Virus record (IMG/VR): IMGVR_UViG_3300014050_000031
Span: 1-53,711 of that record
Source of the DNA: a virus
Taxonomy: Duplodnaviria > Caudoviricetes
Length of the DNA stretch: 53,711 bases
Strand: one strand, 5' to 3'
The notes beneath the pieces were generated by a model that did no database searches, was not told the origin of the DNA, and was given only the letters and a program-made list of their open reading frames with translations. Each line of letters starts with the position of its first letter. The first letter of the stretch is position 1. Of this stretch, positions 29,759 through 38,733 are shown in pieces. The translations under genes were made by a program, and so were the position numbers.

Positions 29759-31641
29759 TTACGTTGTAGTTTTCCCTCCTTACTGAAAACATAGTCAAAT
29801 CCCTTAAATAGGTCATTGCTTGTCTCTTTTCTTAACAAACGACTTTTGGCTACCGTTCGTAAATTAATCAAGGTAAGGCCCCAAGCATCCACGCGGTCGT
29901 ACTTTTTCTTTTTGTTGTCCGGGTTGTAATTCGCTAAATCCGACAGCAAATCAGAGTATTGGTAGTGCTCAATGTTGGATGTTAGGTCATCGTCAATAAC
30001 GCCAATCATCTGATCCTTAACCATTTCGTCCATGTAAACACCGTATTCAACGACATTCCCCGGTCTGGCTAATTTGCCAATCTTAGGCGGCTTTTTCGCC
30101 AAAAACTTCGTCAAGTCTCGATCTTGGAAGTAAGATATCATCCGGGCCCTGTTTCTTTCAATCAACACCGTGCAGGTGTTCTTCTTGCTGTAGTACTCCA
30201 CCGCTAGGGCGCATTGCTCGTAGGCTTCGTTCATGTCCTTAGGCTTGGCCGTGTACTGCAATACCGCTCCACCGCTGTGCGTTTCCTCCTCCCCCAAGTG
30301 CAGTCCCTTCGCGATGAAGAACGACAGGTCCGAGCCAATGCCCTCCTTCTTGGCGCCATCCGTCGGGTCACACCCGGCGGCATACTGAACATCGTCAGAG
30401 GGTTCCTCCAACATGATGACGTCCCCGTCTTCCTTGGGGATGAATACCACCTTGTCGTTGGATTTACGGAACAGACCTCTCTTCATCTTGGGTGGATGGG
30501 TGTCCAAGTGCGCAATCCGGTTGTTAATCAACTCTACGTCAAACGGCGAATCGCCCACCTGGATGAACATTTCTTCGACCTCCAAGGGATACTGAACAAT
30601 GAAGTCGTAATACCGCTTCATGGACTGCTTACGCTTCTTCTCGCGCTCACTAAGGATGTATTTCAGCCCCTCAATGACGTTCTCGTTGCCCAGCTCGTTG
30701 TCAATCATAAAACCACTCCAGCCGGCAGCAAAGTAGCGAATAAGGTTATAGCCCTCCGCGTTGTACCAAAATTCCTTGAAGTCATCGCCATTCTCTGCTG
30801 CATCTCCCGCCGTACCGGCAAGGATTGGAACGCCCTTCCGGGTGATACCGTCATCCGCTGCTAAAGCCGGCTCCGTGTAGGACCAGTTCTGCTTGAGCTG
30901 CCCTGGGTCCCACTTGCCGGGCTCCTCGTACACCACCATGCGCATACCAGATCCTTCAAAAGAAGTCGGCTCAGGGGAACGACCAAAGATGACCGAGTTA
31001 AGACCCACCTTCTTGATGTTGCCTTCCTTGTCGCGAATCTTCTTGGCGAACTCTAGGCGCGATGCCGAGTTGCCGGCCATGGATGTAGCGCGCAGGAAAG
31101 ACGGCAGGTTGTTGTAACCGGTCTTCAGTACGTCGCTCATAAACTTCTTCATGTCCTCCTCGGACTTGGATGTGAAACCAATCTCCGAATAGGGATTATG
31201 GATCGCCGTGCAGTACATCGCGTTGGCAAGGCTGTAGGACTTGCCCCAACGGCGCCGTCCACCAAGGATGACGCCACTACCGGTATTGTCCGGGTAGAGG
31301 CTTGACTCGCCGTACAGGCAAGACTCAATAAGGTTGAAGAACTCCGCGTTGCACCTGCGAAACTCCGGGGAGATGAGGCCCCCGTTCTTGGACTTCATCT
31401 TCCAAAAGTAGGTGTACATGTACGTCATCCCACAGATGCCATCATGCCCAAATCTCGTCCTGCGTATCTGCTCGTTCTCCCACTTAGACTGCTCGGTCCG
31501 ACTAGAAAATGATGGAATGATCATCTTCTTAGGCTTGTAAGTGGACATCTGTATCTGTCCAATCTTGTCCAAGTAGTATCTGACCCTCTCGTTGATATCA
31601 AAGGCGCTGTTGAAAAGGTAATCAACCAGGCTTTGCTTCAT
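29755..31641 (-). CDS. terL: Terminase large subunit
   Basis: Walker A GRRRWGKS, Walker B VVYEEPGK, coupling motif GTAG, nuclease motifs GCDP, IERN and YDRVDA. Confidence 0.93.
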   Translation of the reverse strand: MKQSLVDYLFNSAFDINERVRYYLDKIGQIQMSTYKPKKMIIPSFSSRTEQSKWENEQIRRTRFGHDGICGMTYMYTYFWKMKSKNGGLISPEFRRCNAEFFNLIESCLYGESSLYPDNTGSGVILGGRRRWGKSYSLANAMYCTAIHNPYSEIGFTSKSEEDMKKFMSDVLKTGYNNLPSFLRATSMAGNSASRLEFAKKIRDKEGNIKKVGLNSVIFGRSPEPTSFEGSGMRMVVYEEPGKWDPGQLKQNWSYTEPALAADDGITRKGVPILAGTAGDAAENGDDFKEFWYNAEGYNLIRYFAAGWSGFMIDNELGNENVIEGLKYILSEREKKRKQSMKRYYDFIVQYPLEVEEMFIQVGDSPFDVELINNRIAHLDTHPPKMKRGLFRKSNDKVVFIPKEDGDVIMLEEPSDDVQYAAGCDPTDGAKKEGIGSDLSFFIAKGLHLGEEETHSGGAVLQYTAKPKDMNEAYEQCALAVEYYSKKNTCTVLIERNRARMISYFQDRDLTKFLAKKPPKIGKLARPGNVVEYGVYMDEMVKDQMIGVIDDDLTSNIEHYQYSDLLSDLANYNPDNKKKKYDRVDAWGLTLINLRTVAKSRLLRKETSNDLFKGFDYVFSKEGKLQRK

Positions 31642-32120
31642 GCGTAAAAGCTATCAATGGCGGACATCTCGTCCTCGGCAGAAGAATCCTTCTGCATGTC
31701 CATGTTCATCTCCGTATTGATCATAATCTCAATGGCCTTGCGTTGCTTGGTCAGGTCAATGAGCGATGCGGAAAGCTTCTTAATCTCGTCGGCCTCTAAG
31801 CCTTGGGCCCCTTTGAGCCTCTTGCGTATCTCGGACAGGGCTGCCTCCAAAGCTTCTAAAGACTCCCTCTCCGAACCAATGCCCTGCATGTCGTGGTATG
31901 CCTCAATGTACTTACCAATCTTGTCCTTGCGTACTGAAGACACGTTGAGGAGTGCTTTTTGATAACGCTCCTCGGGTGATAGGTTCTTGTAGGGTGATTT
32001 CCAATCCGCGTACAGGGCTACGAACTTGAACTCGTCCGAAGTTATGCCCTTGAACTCCGTAAGGATGGACAAATGAGGATTGTCATCAAAGACATCCTCT
32101 TGACTTATTTTAAATAGCAT
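31638..32120 (-). CDS. Putative terminase small subunit
   Basis: 160-aa helical protein coupled to terL, with an ALYADWKSPY motif. Mostly positional inference. Confidence 0.45.
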   Translation of the reverse strand: MLFKISQEDVFDDNPHLSILTEFKGITSDEFKFVALYADWKSPYKNLSPEERYQKALLNVSSVRKDKIGKYIEAYHDMQGIGSERESLEALEAALSEIRKRLKGAQGLEADEIKKLSASLIDLTKQRKAIEIMINTEMNMDMQKDSSAEDEMSAIDSFYA

Positions 32121-32142
32121 TTAAGAAATGTTGTTTCTGTAC

Positions 32143-33444
32143 TTAGAAACTAAACTCGCGAACTGCTAATGCTAAATACGCATTTACTTTTGAAATCTGA
32201 GCGTTGACTCTTGATGATGTGTTAAATGTGACATATCTCGCTACAGTTGACGAAGACCCTTGGTTTGACGACCAAAGATCTGCACCCACAGGAATAATGC
32301 TCCGCAATCCGTATGGGTCAGTTGTTGCGTAAAGAAGAGAGTCATAAATGGCATTCAAGGCTCCTTCAGAAGGCAATGCCCAATCGGTATAGGTAACTCC
32401 GTCTACTGTTGCTGAAAAAGCCTCGGCAGATACGGATGCTCCAACGCCAGTAGCTGCTGTCGCAATTAATGATGTATTTGTTGCACTTCGGGCGATGCCA
32501 GTTGATGCAGAATTTACTGTAAGGCTAACTCCTGTTACGTTTGTTCCGGTCGGCGTACACCAAACAATCCCAGCGTCAACTATTCCTTCGTACAACGCAT
32601 AGCCCTTTCTTGCGGATGTATCAATATGGAAAACAATTCCTCCTTGCATTTTTGCGCCAATGCGAAGAATTGAGGATGGCACCGAAATGGTTGGCCAAGA
32701 CAAAATATTGATTTTGGTGTTTGACAAAATGCCGTCAGCATTGGTAAATCCAGAGCTTTGAGTTACTATGCCAAGCCCGGTTGCCGATGTTGCCGAAATC
32801 TTTACAATCGGATTGTTTGTCGCCCCGGTTGGAGACGAAACGAAAAAAGATGGAGATATTCCAATCGGCGTTCCTGTAGGGAATGCCAAAGCATATATGC
32901 CGGTGTTACTCCTAGACCCAGTTACTTGCGTTGCCGTAAGTCCGACATTACTGTATACAGAGTTGATTACCGGAGCGTTTGTGCTTGTTTGAGTTACGTT
33001 CAGACTAATATAATTGAATGGAGACTCGTTTATTTTAGAGTCACTTACGATTTGATCAATTAGCCTTTGCGTAACAAAGCTTACCGGAAAACTGCTTGGT
33101 TGATTTAGCTGAACCAAAGTCTTGTATTCGGGGGAAACCTGTACCTGACTCAAATAAGTCGTATTGACCAACACCTCTCCCTTTGACGATCCCCATGGCG
33201 CCTTGTTGCACGAGTCGGGAGTCCCAATAGATACAAACTCGCCCAATCCTTGAGACAGCTCTCCAGATTTGAATGATGCCAATGTTTGATTTGCCACCAT
33301 TAAGTCTCCATTCGTGAATACAACAGCGGTCTTTGTAGACTGCGTGGTGTACATGTATACGATTTGTGACGCATTAATCGCACAAGGAGAGTTTGGCGTA
33401 CCTTGTTCGGTTACAAAATCAAAGAAGATAAGTTTTGCACTCAT
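32143..33444 (-). CDS. Putative fibre/receptor-binding protein with C-terminal DUF1566/C-type-lectin-like domain
   Basis: GAKMQGGIVFHID, YTDWALPS..LN, LWSS and AVREF end motifs. Ser/Thr-rich. Confidence 0.65.
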   Translation of the reverse strand: MSAKLIFFDFVTEQGTPNSPCAINASQIVYMYTTQSTKTAVVFTNGDLMVANQTLASFKSGELSQGLGEFVSIGTPDSCNKAPWGSSKGEVLVNTTYLSQVQVSPEYKTLVQLNQPSSFPVSFVTQRLIDQIVSDSKINESPFNYISLNVTQTSTNAPVINSVYSNVGLTATQVTGSRSNTGIYALAFPTGTPIGISPSFFVSSPTGATNNPIVKISATSATGLGIVTQSSGFTNADGILSNTKINILSWPTISVPSSILRIGAKMQGGIVFHIDTSARKGYALYEGIVDAGIVWCTPTGTNVTGVSLTVNSASTGIARSATNTSLIATAATGVGASVSAEAFSATVDGVTYTDWALPSEGALNAIYDSLLYATTDPYGLRSIIPVGADLWSSNQGSSSTVARYVTFNTSSRVNAQISKVNAYLALAVREFSF

Positions 33445-34154
33445 TAGAATCCGGGAATAAGGGCTGTAAGGGCTGTGTCTGTGGCAAGAACCAGGTTGTC
33501 TGGTGTGTCAAGGTAGATTTCGGTAACCATACCGGTAACCCCTGCATTCACGTACTGTTGGTCGTTGAGGATGGTTCCTGCAGACTTCAGTTTTGAGAAG
33601 GCAAAGATGCAACCAGAAGCACCCGTAGCACTTGCATTCAAGATCCGGTTGTTGCTCATAAAGCGAACCGGGAACTCCAAGGACATCAGCTTGACGGCAT
33701 TGTTCGTTATTGCGGCAGTACGAAGTTGAGCCGGAGTTCTGTTAATGGCAAACTCAAAGCACTTGTTCTTGAATACGTACTCGACGTTGGAAGAACCAGC
33801 TGCCGTTAAGTAGGCAATGGCGATGTGCTCCAAGTTGATGATGAAAGACCCTGTAGCTGTAGAAACACCCGTGACAGGTGCATCGTACTTACCAATTCCG
33901 CTGACGGTGCTTGTTACCTGGGTGAGTGTACCCGAAGTACCCGTAAGGTTTGCATAAGACCCCGTAGTGATGGTCGCAACCCGATCGGCACCAATCTGCG
34001 CGTCGTAGAACTCTACGTACCGGCTGTTACCTCCCACTCCCCCGGCGTAAGCCCACTTAAAGTCGTCAGAAGAAATAGCCGTTTCACGAAGAGCTACCGC
34101 TGTAGCGGTTCCATTCTTGTTAATTACCTCGGTAAAGCGAATTGCACTTGCCAT
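33444..34154 (-). CDS. Putative structural protein
   Basis: Thr/Ala/Gly-rich 236-aa ORF at the head of the late operon. Confidence 0.55.
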   Translation of the reverse strand: MASAIRFTEVINKNGTATAVALRETAISSDDFKWAYAGGVGGNSRYVEFYDAQIGADRVATITTGSYANLTGTSGTLTQVTSTVSGIGKYDAPVTGVSTATGSFIINLEHIAIAYLTAAGSSNVEYVFKNKCFEFAINRTPAQLRTAAITNNAVKLMSLEFPVRFMSNNRILNASATGASGCIFAFSKLKSAGTILNDQQYVNAGVTGMVTEIYLDTPDNLVLATDTALTALIPGF

Positions 34155-34200
34155 AATTTTGTTAGTTCTGCATCATTAACAATACGGCTTTGTGCTTTGT

Positions 34201-34557
34201 TCACTCCTCGTCTTCCCCAAAGACGTCGTCCAAGTCGTGGTCAATCTCTATGATCGCCCCAACCATCGTGAGCAACTTATCGCAAAACTCCTCGTCCTCC
34301 CAATCAATCATCCCAAAAAAGCACACAAAACCCAACTCATCAAAGTTTGACACCGTGAAAATCTTGTTTTTCTCATCGTAGTCCCTGATTTCGCCAAATT
34401 GAAAAATCGTGTACCGGTCATCTTCGTGCTTTATGACCTTGTGCGTAGCACTCCGCCAATACCCGGGACCATCCGCTTCGTCGCTTATCCAGGACGTATT
34501 CACGTACTCAAAGCCGTACGGCTCTAAAACCTTTCCTTCTATTGATTCATCTTTCAT
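34201..34557 (-). CDS. Hypothetical acidic protein
   Basis: 118-aa ORF overlapping the upstream gene's stop. Confidence 0.65.
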   Translation of the reverse strand: MKDESIEGKVLEPYGFEYVNTSWISDEADGPGYWRSATHKVIKHEDDRYTIFQFGEIRDYDEKNKIFTVSNFDELGFVCFFGMIDWEDEEFCDKLLTMVGAIIEIDHDLDDVFGEDEE

Positions 34558-34786
34558 TGGTAAGTATTTTGTCTTTGTATTCCCCCCTTGTAGTCATCAA
34601 TTTAAAGGCTTTTTCATAAAAAGCCAAGTCTTTTGACACAAGGTCTCTGTAAAGATAATAGTTTTTCTCTATGAAATACCTTGCATGATCGTATTTTATT
34701 TCCTCAAAATCCTTCCCGGACCCATAGTAATCCTCCATCATCTCCACGATGATACCCGGATACGACATAACGATGTTCATGTTCAT
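34547..34786 (-). CDS. Hypothetical protein
   Basis: 79-aa ORF in a tightly packed run on the minus strand. Confidence 0.55.
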   Translation of the reverse strand: MNMNIVMSYPGIIVEMMEDYYGSGKDFEEIKYDHARYFIEKNYYLYRDLVSKDLAFYEKAFKLMTTRGEYKDKILTNER

Positions 34787-34801
34787 GCCCCTATAACCAC
34801 C

Positions 34802-35254
34802 CTAAGGCTCAATAGTTTCGTTTGATCGCACCAAAGAGACCGTGTTTGAAACCAAATACCTCCCCCTATCGCCAACAAAAGCCATGTTGTGGTTAATCAA
34901 CCACTCCTTCCCGGACTTTACCATCCAACCCTCGCTAACCAACCCTTTAACCGCCTTGTGGTACGAAGATCGATCGGGCCTCTTCCCCACAATAGGTTCC
35001 ACCCACTCACAATACCCCTGAAACTCCACCTGTACCACCCTGGAACCACTCTTCAGCCTAGTCATAACGTACATAGCCAAGGCAATCTCCGATGGCTTTA
35101 GCCTAATTAAAGCCTCCAACCCGGGAATAAACATCTTTACAAACCTCGCCCTGTCCCATGCGGACCTCCCTAAAACACTAATACGCTCATCCGAAAGGAA
35201 TTCCTCCCCCGTCTGAGTATCCACAAGCTGCCTCTTCCTTAAAAACTTTGTCAT
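34802..35254 (-). CDS. RepL-like winged-helix protein
   Basis: VDTQTGE, FVKMF, SSYHKAVKGL and WLINHNMAFVGDR match the plasmid RepL-type pattern. Confidence 0.65.
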   Translation of the reverse strand: MTKFLRKRQLVDTQTGEEFLSDERISVLGRSAWDRARFVKMFIPGLEALIRLKPSEIALAMYVMTRLKSGSRVVQVEFQGYCEWVEPIVGKRPDRSSYHKAVKGLVSEGWMVKSGKEWLINHNMAFVGDRGRYLVSNTVSLVRSNETIEP

Positions 35255-35297
35255 ACCGCAAAATAACCCTTTTTAACCACGAATGTTCCTCTAAATG

Positions 35298-35337
35298 TGG
35301 TGATTTTGGCCACATTTTTGGTGAATTTGGCCACATT
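35298..35337. repeat. Two 19-bp direct repeats with 21-bp period
   Basis: TGGTGATTTTGGCCACATT (35298) and TGGTGAATTTGGCCACATT (35319), upstream of the RepL-like gene. Confidence 0.8.
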
Positions 35338-36544
35338 GTGAATTATATGTCAATAAAAAACGCTGTTTTTGATATCGCTAGGGCACTTTTTTAGTACCCC
35401 CCCAATTTCCCTCTATATAATAATATAGATATAGCACTCGCTATTCAAATAGGGATCTCTGTGGATGGAATTTTGGAAATTGTATGGATAGGATTTTGGG
35501 CTTTACCCCCAATTTTTCTAGTTCAGTTTCAAAAATAAAAGTCATCCCCCCCTATTCGTAACATTGAATAAACAATCCATTAGTCAATCTATTGTTACAA
35601 CAATATATTTAGTTTTGCTCTACTACATTTAGTGCATCATTTGTTACAACAATGAACACAATTAGGCAATGTTATAACAATGATTGATTTTTATCATAAA
35701 AAAAATGATGACAAAAAAACAATGATGTGTTATATAACAATGCTATTGCTCGTCTAATGATACGACAAAATTGTAATCAATGTTATAAATAATTGCTCTA
35801 ATAAATCTTTTGGAATATAAAGTGGTTATGTTATAACATATTGTTTATCATAGTATTGTTACAACACATTGTTTTTCTAATGACTAAAAATATATCAAAA
35901 CTTATTTTTATTTTTGAGCAAAAATAATGATGACTAACTCGCATTGTTATAACACATTATTTTGGTTAGCAATGTTATGAAAAAGGAAAATCAATAATCT
36001 TGGTAAGTGGTTATGTTATAACAAAACCAATGATTGCACAGGATGTCTTGTTTTGTAACACAAGTTTTATCTAATTCGTGTAACACATCGTTTATCTAAT
36101 TGTGTAACACATCTTCTTATAACACATCTCTTACCAAATCCATATTGTTTTACAAATGGTTGTGTTATAACAAAACTACTTTGTACTGAGTACAGGTGTA
36201 TTCATAACACATTGTGATTTTTCATCTCATATTTTTATTGGAAAAATAGGATTACTCATAACACATCATTTTTGTAACAAATGATTTTATGTATGTGGTT
36301 GAATTTTATGTTGTTATAACAAAACGATACACCCCACCAAAACCTCTAATGCAAAACAATGTGTTACGATACACCCAAAAATTACTAAAAGTTTTTATTA
36401 CTACACTATTCTATAACATATTACACAATTATTAGTGCTTGTAGGTAATACGGAAAAAATAAATCATTGTTGTAACAACAAATTCACTATCGTGGGCATA
36501 TAGCAAATCCAGGGTTTTGCTACATTTCATAACACATTCTACAA

Positions 36545-36563
36545 AAAGTCTACTATAGTATAC
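36545..36563 (+). promoter_or_regulatory. Near-palindrome AAAGTCTACTATAGTATAC, copy 1
   Basis: Exact 19-mer found five times, plus one variant. Confidence 0.75.
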
Positions 36564-36600
36564 CTTTGTTGATAGGCAATTTTCGTAACACATTCCACAT

Positions 36601-36622
36601 AAAGTCTACTATAGTATACTTT
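36601..36622 (+). promoter_or_regulatory. Near-palindrome, copy 2
   Basis: AAAGTCTACTATAGTATACTTT, 22 bp with one asymmetric pair. Confidence 0.75.
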
Positions 36623-36706
36623 TAAAATCAAAAATAGGAATCCATAACACATCTCACATCGTGTCGGTAAACTGTCAACCAAAATACCGCTTTATTGCAT
36701 TGTAGG

Positions 36707-36741
36707 GCTATTTGTAATTTGAGGTTTCTTTTGTATCTTTG
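36707..36741 (+). promoter_or_regulatory. Bacteroidota sigma-A type early promoter P1
   Basis: GCTA-TTTG (36711), 19-nt spacer, TATCTTTG (36734). Confidence 0.75.
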
Positions 36742-36790
36742 GATATCGTTAGTAAAGGTCGCAGTGATGCGTAATGTGTTACAACGATTC

Positions 36791-36806
36791 GTTCTTTGAC
36801 ATATTG
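36791..36806 (+). promoter_or_regulatory. rrn boxA-like antitermination element
   Basis: GTTCTTTGACATATTG about 50 nt downstream of the P1 -7 box. Resembles boxA (E. coli TGCTCTTTAACA). Confidence 0.55.
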
Positions 36807-36967
36807 AAAAAACTAAATAACACAATGTGAGTAATGTTCTCGCAAAAAAATTGTGTTATACTTTTTCGGATTGGCTTTGGGTATGCATTCCCATAACAAT
36901 GCATAAATCGGATAAGTGCAAATCCTCATAACATTGCACAAAAACATAACACAAAATATATATTGTT

Positions 36968-37795
36968 ATGAATAAGTCAGTTTTGAATGCCGTTGCTTTG
37001 TTTGTTGCTCTTCCTTCGGTTCGCAACATCGTGAAATTTTCTGATGTTAAGAAATTGCTTAGTGAATTGCGTAACATTAGACACAATCGGTTCCTAAAAT
37101 TAGTGGAATTATCTAAATTGTGTTACAATTTTCGTGTTTACTTTAATTCTGCTGAATGCAAAGAGTTAAGGAAGAAAAAGAAAATTGATGTTACGATGGA
37201 GGATGTAATCAGTGTTACATTCAATATGGGCAAAGCCTATTTTTACCGACTTGCTACAATGGGGAAATATGTTACGAACAACCCCGAAAAAGTAGGTCAA
37301 TTCATAACATTGAATGAAGCTTCGCCTACAGAATATGTTATGGATGCTACTACTTTTAACGATTTTTGTAGTGGTAAAACAAAGGACAAAAAAGAACCCG
37401 AACCAAAGGATGAAGATAATTCATCTGATGTTACGGATGCTTTAGAATCTCACGATAGGCAATTAGAACAAGAGCAAGAAGCAAGAGAGAATGAAGCCAA
37501 AGAGGTGGTGTTTAATATGTTATACAAAGGTCAAGGCATAACAATATCCAAACATAACAAAGGTGGATATGTTACCGAACTACATAACATTGAACCTACC
37601 GATTTGAAAGAGTTCTTAAAAAATGTAATTAATGTTATGCCTACAATCCTGTTGGATGCAAAAAGGCATCAGCCATTTGGTGTAACACATTACTTAGACA
37701 CAAAGTCCAAGAAGTGGATTACAGACTATGGTAACATTAAATTAACAAAACCTCAGCGTGAAATCGTAACACAAAGCATAAAAAATCACGCATAA
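36968..37795 (+). CDS. First early gene, hypothetical 275-aa protein
   Basis: Long ORF between P1 and a strong terminator. Carries 17 TGTTAY/RTAACA sites. Confidence 0.8.
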   Translation: MNKSVLNAVALFVALPSVRNIVKFSDVKKLLSELRNIRHNRFLKLVELSKLCYNFRVYFNSAECKELRKKKKIDVTMEDVISVTFNMGKAYFYRLATMGKYVTNNPEKVGQFITLNEASPTEYVMDATTFNDFCSGKTKDKKEPEPKDEDNSSDVTDALESHDRQLEQEQEARENEAKEVVFNMLYKGQGITISKHNKGGYVTELHNIEPTDLKEFLKNVINVMPTILLDAKRHQPFGVTHYLDTKSKKWITDYGNIKLTKPQREIVTQSIKNHA

Positions 37796-37805
37796 TGTGT
37801 TACAG

Positions 37806-37835
37806 ACCCCTTGCTTTCGCAAGGGGTTTTTTTTT
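37806..37835 (+). terminator. Intrinsic terminator
   Basis: ACCCCTTGC-TTTC-GCAAGGGGT followed by a T-run. Confidence 0.9.
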
Positions 37836-37991
37836 GCCCATACTTTCGTAACACAAGACTAACTAATTGCCTTCATAACACATTGTTGTACGCCTGGACT
37901 TTGGTGCAAAACTCGATCGAGTACGAAAAAAAAGTCACTATCACTATCATATGCGATGCGGTGCGATGCAGCGTAACAAAACAAAACCGGG

Positions 37992-38013
37992 AAAGTCTAC
38001 TATAGTATACTTT
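37992..38013 (+). promoter_or_regulatory. Near-palindrome, copy 3
   Basis: AAAGTCTACTATAGTATACTTT. Confidence 0.75.
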
Positions 38014-38067
38014 TTGAATAAATCTCGCAAGTAGTGGCGAACCAATGCGATGCGCTCCGTTGAACAG

Positions 38068-38107
38068 TAAATGCTATTTGTCAAATGAGATAACTTGCCT
38101 ATCTTTG
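38068..38107 (+). promoter_or_regulatory. Sigma-A type early promoter P2
   Basis: TAAATGCTA-TTTG (38077), 19-nt spacer, TATCTTTG (38100). Confidence 0.8.
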
Positions 38108-38143
38108 TATTATTGAATGCTACACCATAGAGACGCTACCAAA

Positions 38144-38162
38144 AAAGTCTACTATAGTATAC
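38144..38162 (+). promoter_or_regulatory. Near-palindrome, copy 4
   Basis: Exact 19-mer, 37 nt after the P2 -7 box. Confidence 0.75.
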
Positions 38163-38174
38163 TATTCATTTGGA

Positions 38175-38435
38175 ATGCCGATGCCAATACCAAGTAGGCA
38201 AAATCTAAAACATTTTTATATGTTTTACTTAGTTGATAGTCCTTACATCAAGGACAAAAGATTGGCAGAAAATTATCTGCAAAAAGGAGATACAAGGTAT
38301 CTCAAAAACAAACCGATGGCTTTGTTTGAACCAATGCCCACGATAGACCCTAAATGGGTATCATCAAGGAAAGAGCGTAGGAAACATCGCTTCAGCAATC
38401 AGACATCAGAATTCATTCGTATTTCTAAACAATAA
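38175..38435 (+). CDS. Hypothetical early protein
   Basis: ORF lying between palindrome copies 4 and 5. The true start may be the ATG at 38220. Confidence 0.55.
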   Translation: MPMPIPSRQNLKHFYMFYLVDSPYIKDKRLAENYLQKGDTRYLKNKPMALFEPMPTIDPKWVSSRKERRKHRFSNQTSEFIRISKQ

Positions 38436-38453
38436 AAGTCTACTATAGTATAC
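38435..38453 (+). promoter_or_regulatory. Near-palindrome, copy 5
   Basis: Exact 19-mer abutting a stop codon. Confidence 0.75.
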
Positions 38454-38478
38454 TAATTCACAAACTCAACTCAAAACC

Positions 38479-38733
38479 ATGTCAAACCAATCCTCCCGTC
38501 CCCTGTACCAAATCGCCGGTGAAATAGCGATGAATTGGCCCAAGCCCTATTTTGGTGCCGTACCCTACCTTGAGGCTATGCATAGCCTAAATTCATTGTC
38601 GGATAACTATTACGACGACTCCGCGGAATCCGTAGTCCGGTATTTTCTCAGCAATGCGACGACCTGGAAAGGCGAATCCGCAAGACGAATCAAGGCAGAA
38701 CTCAACTCAATGCTCAAAAGCCATGCCAATTAG
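38479..38733 (+). CDS. Hypothetical early protein
   Basis: RPL..IA.EI...W..PYFGAVPYL.AM..L...YFLSNATTWKG motif is familiar from phage early regions. Confidence 0.8.
   Translation: MSNQSSRPLYQIAGEIAMNWPKPYFGAVPYLEAMHSLNSLSDNYYDDSAESVVRYFLSNATTWKGESARRIKAELNSMLKSHAN

Larger units (their letters stand above)
35558..37978. repeat. Dense dispersed array of TGTTAY/RTAACA hexamers
   Basis: About 60 copies by hand count. Perfect palindrome TGTTATAACA at 35670, 35829, 35945, 36014, 36163 and 36312. Confidence 0.9.

Noticed and set aside
22022-31117. Long antisense ORFs (22022-22717, 25023-25532, 30214-30864 and others)
   Set aside because: They mirror well-supported structural genes, which is explained by codon bias, and show no motifs or start context.
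29755-31641. Intein or intron in terL
   Set aside because: The ORF is continuous, of normal length, and lacks intein splice motifs.
32143-32400. Diversity-generating retroelement target (C-type-lectin-like C-terminus)
   Set aside because: No reverse transcriptase and no adenine-variant template repeat seen in the window. It cannot be excluded elsewhere in the genome.
36545-36622. T7/SP6-type promoter (ACTATAG core)
   Set aside because: No upstream T7-like specificity region, no single-subunit RNAP in the window, and the dyad symmetry fits an operator better.
36050-36650. DnaA-box cluster (oriC-like)
   Set aside because: RTAACACA does not fit TTWTNCACA beyond the final CACA.
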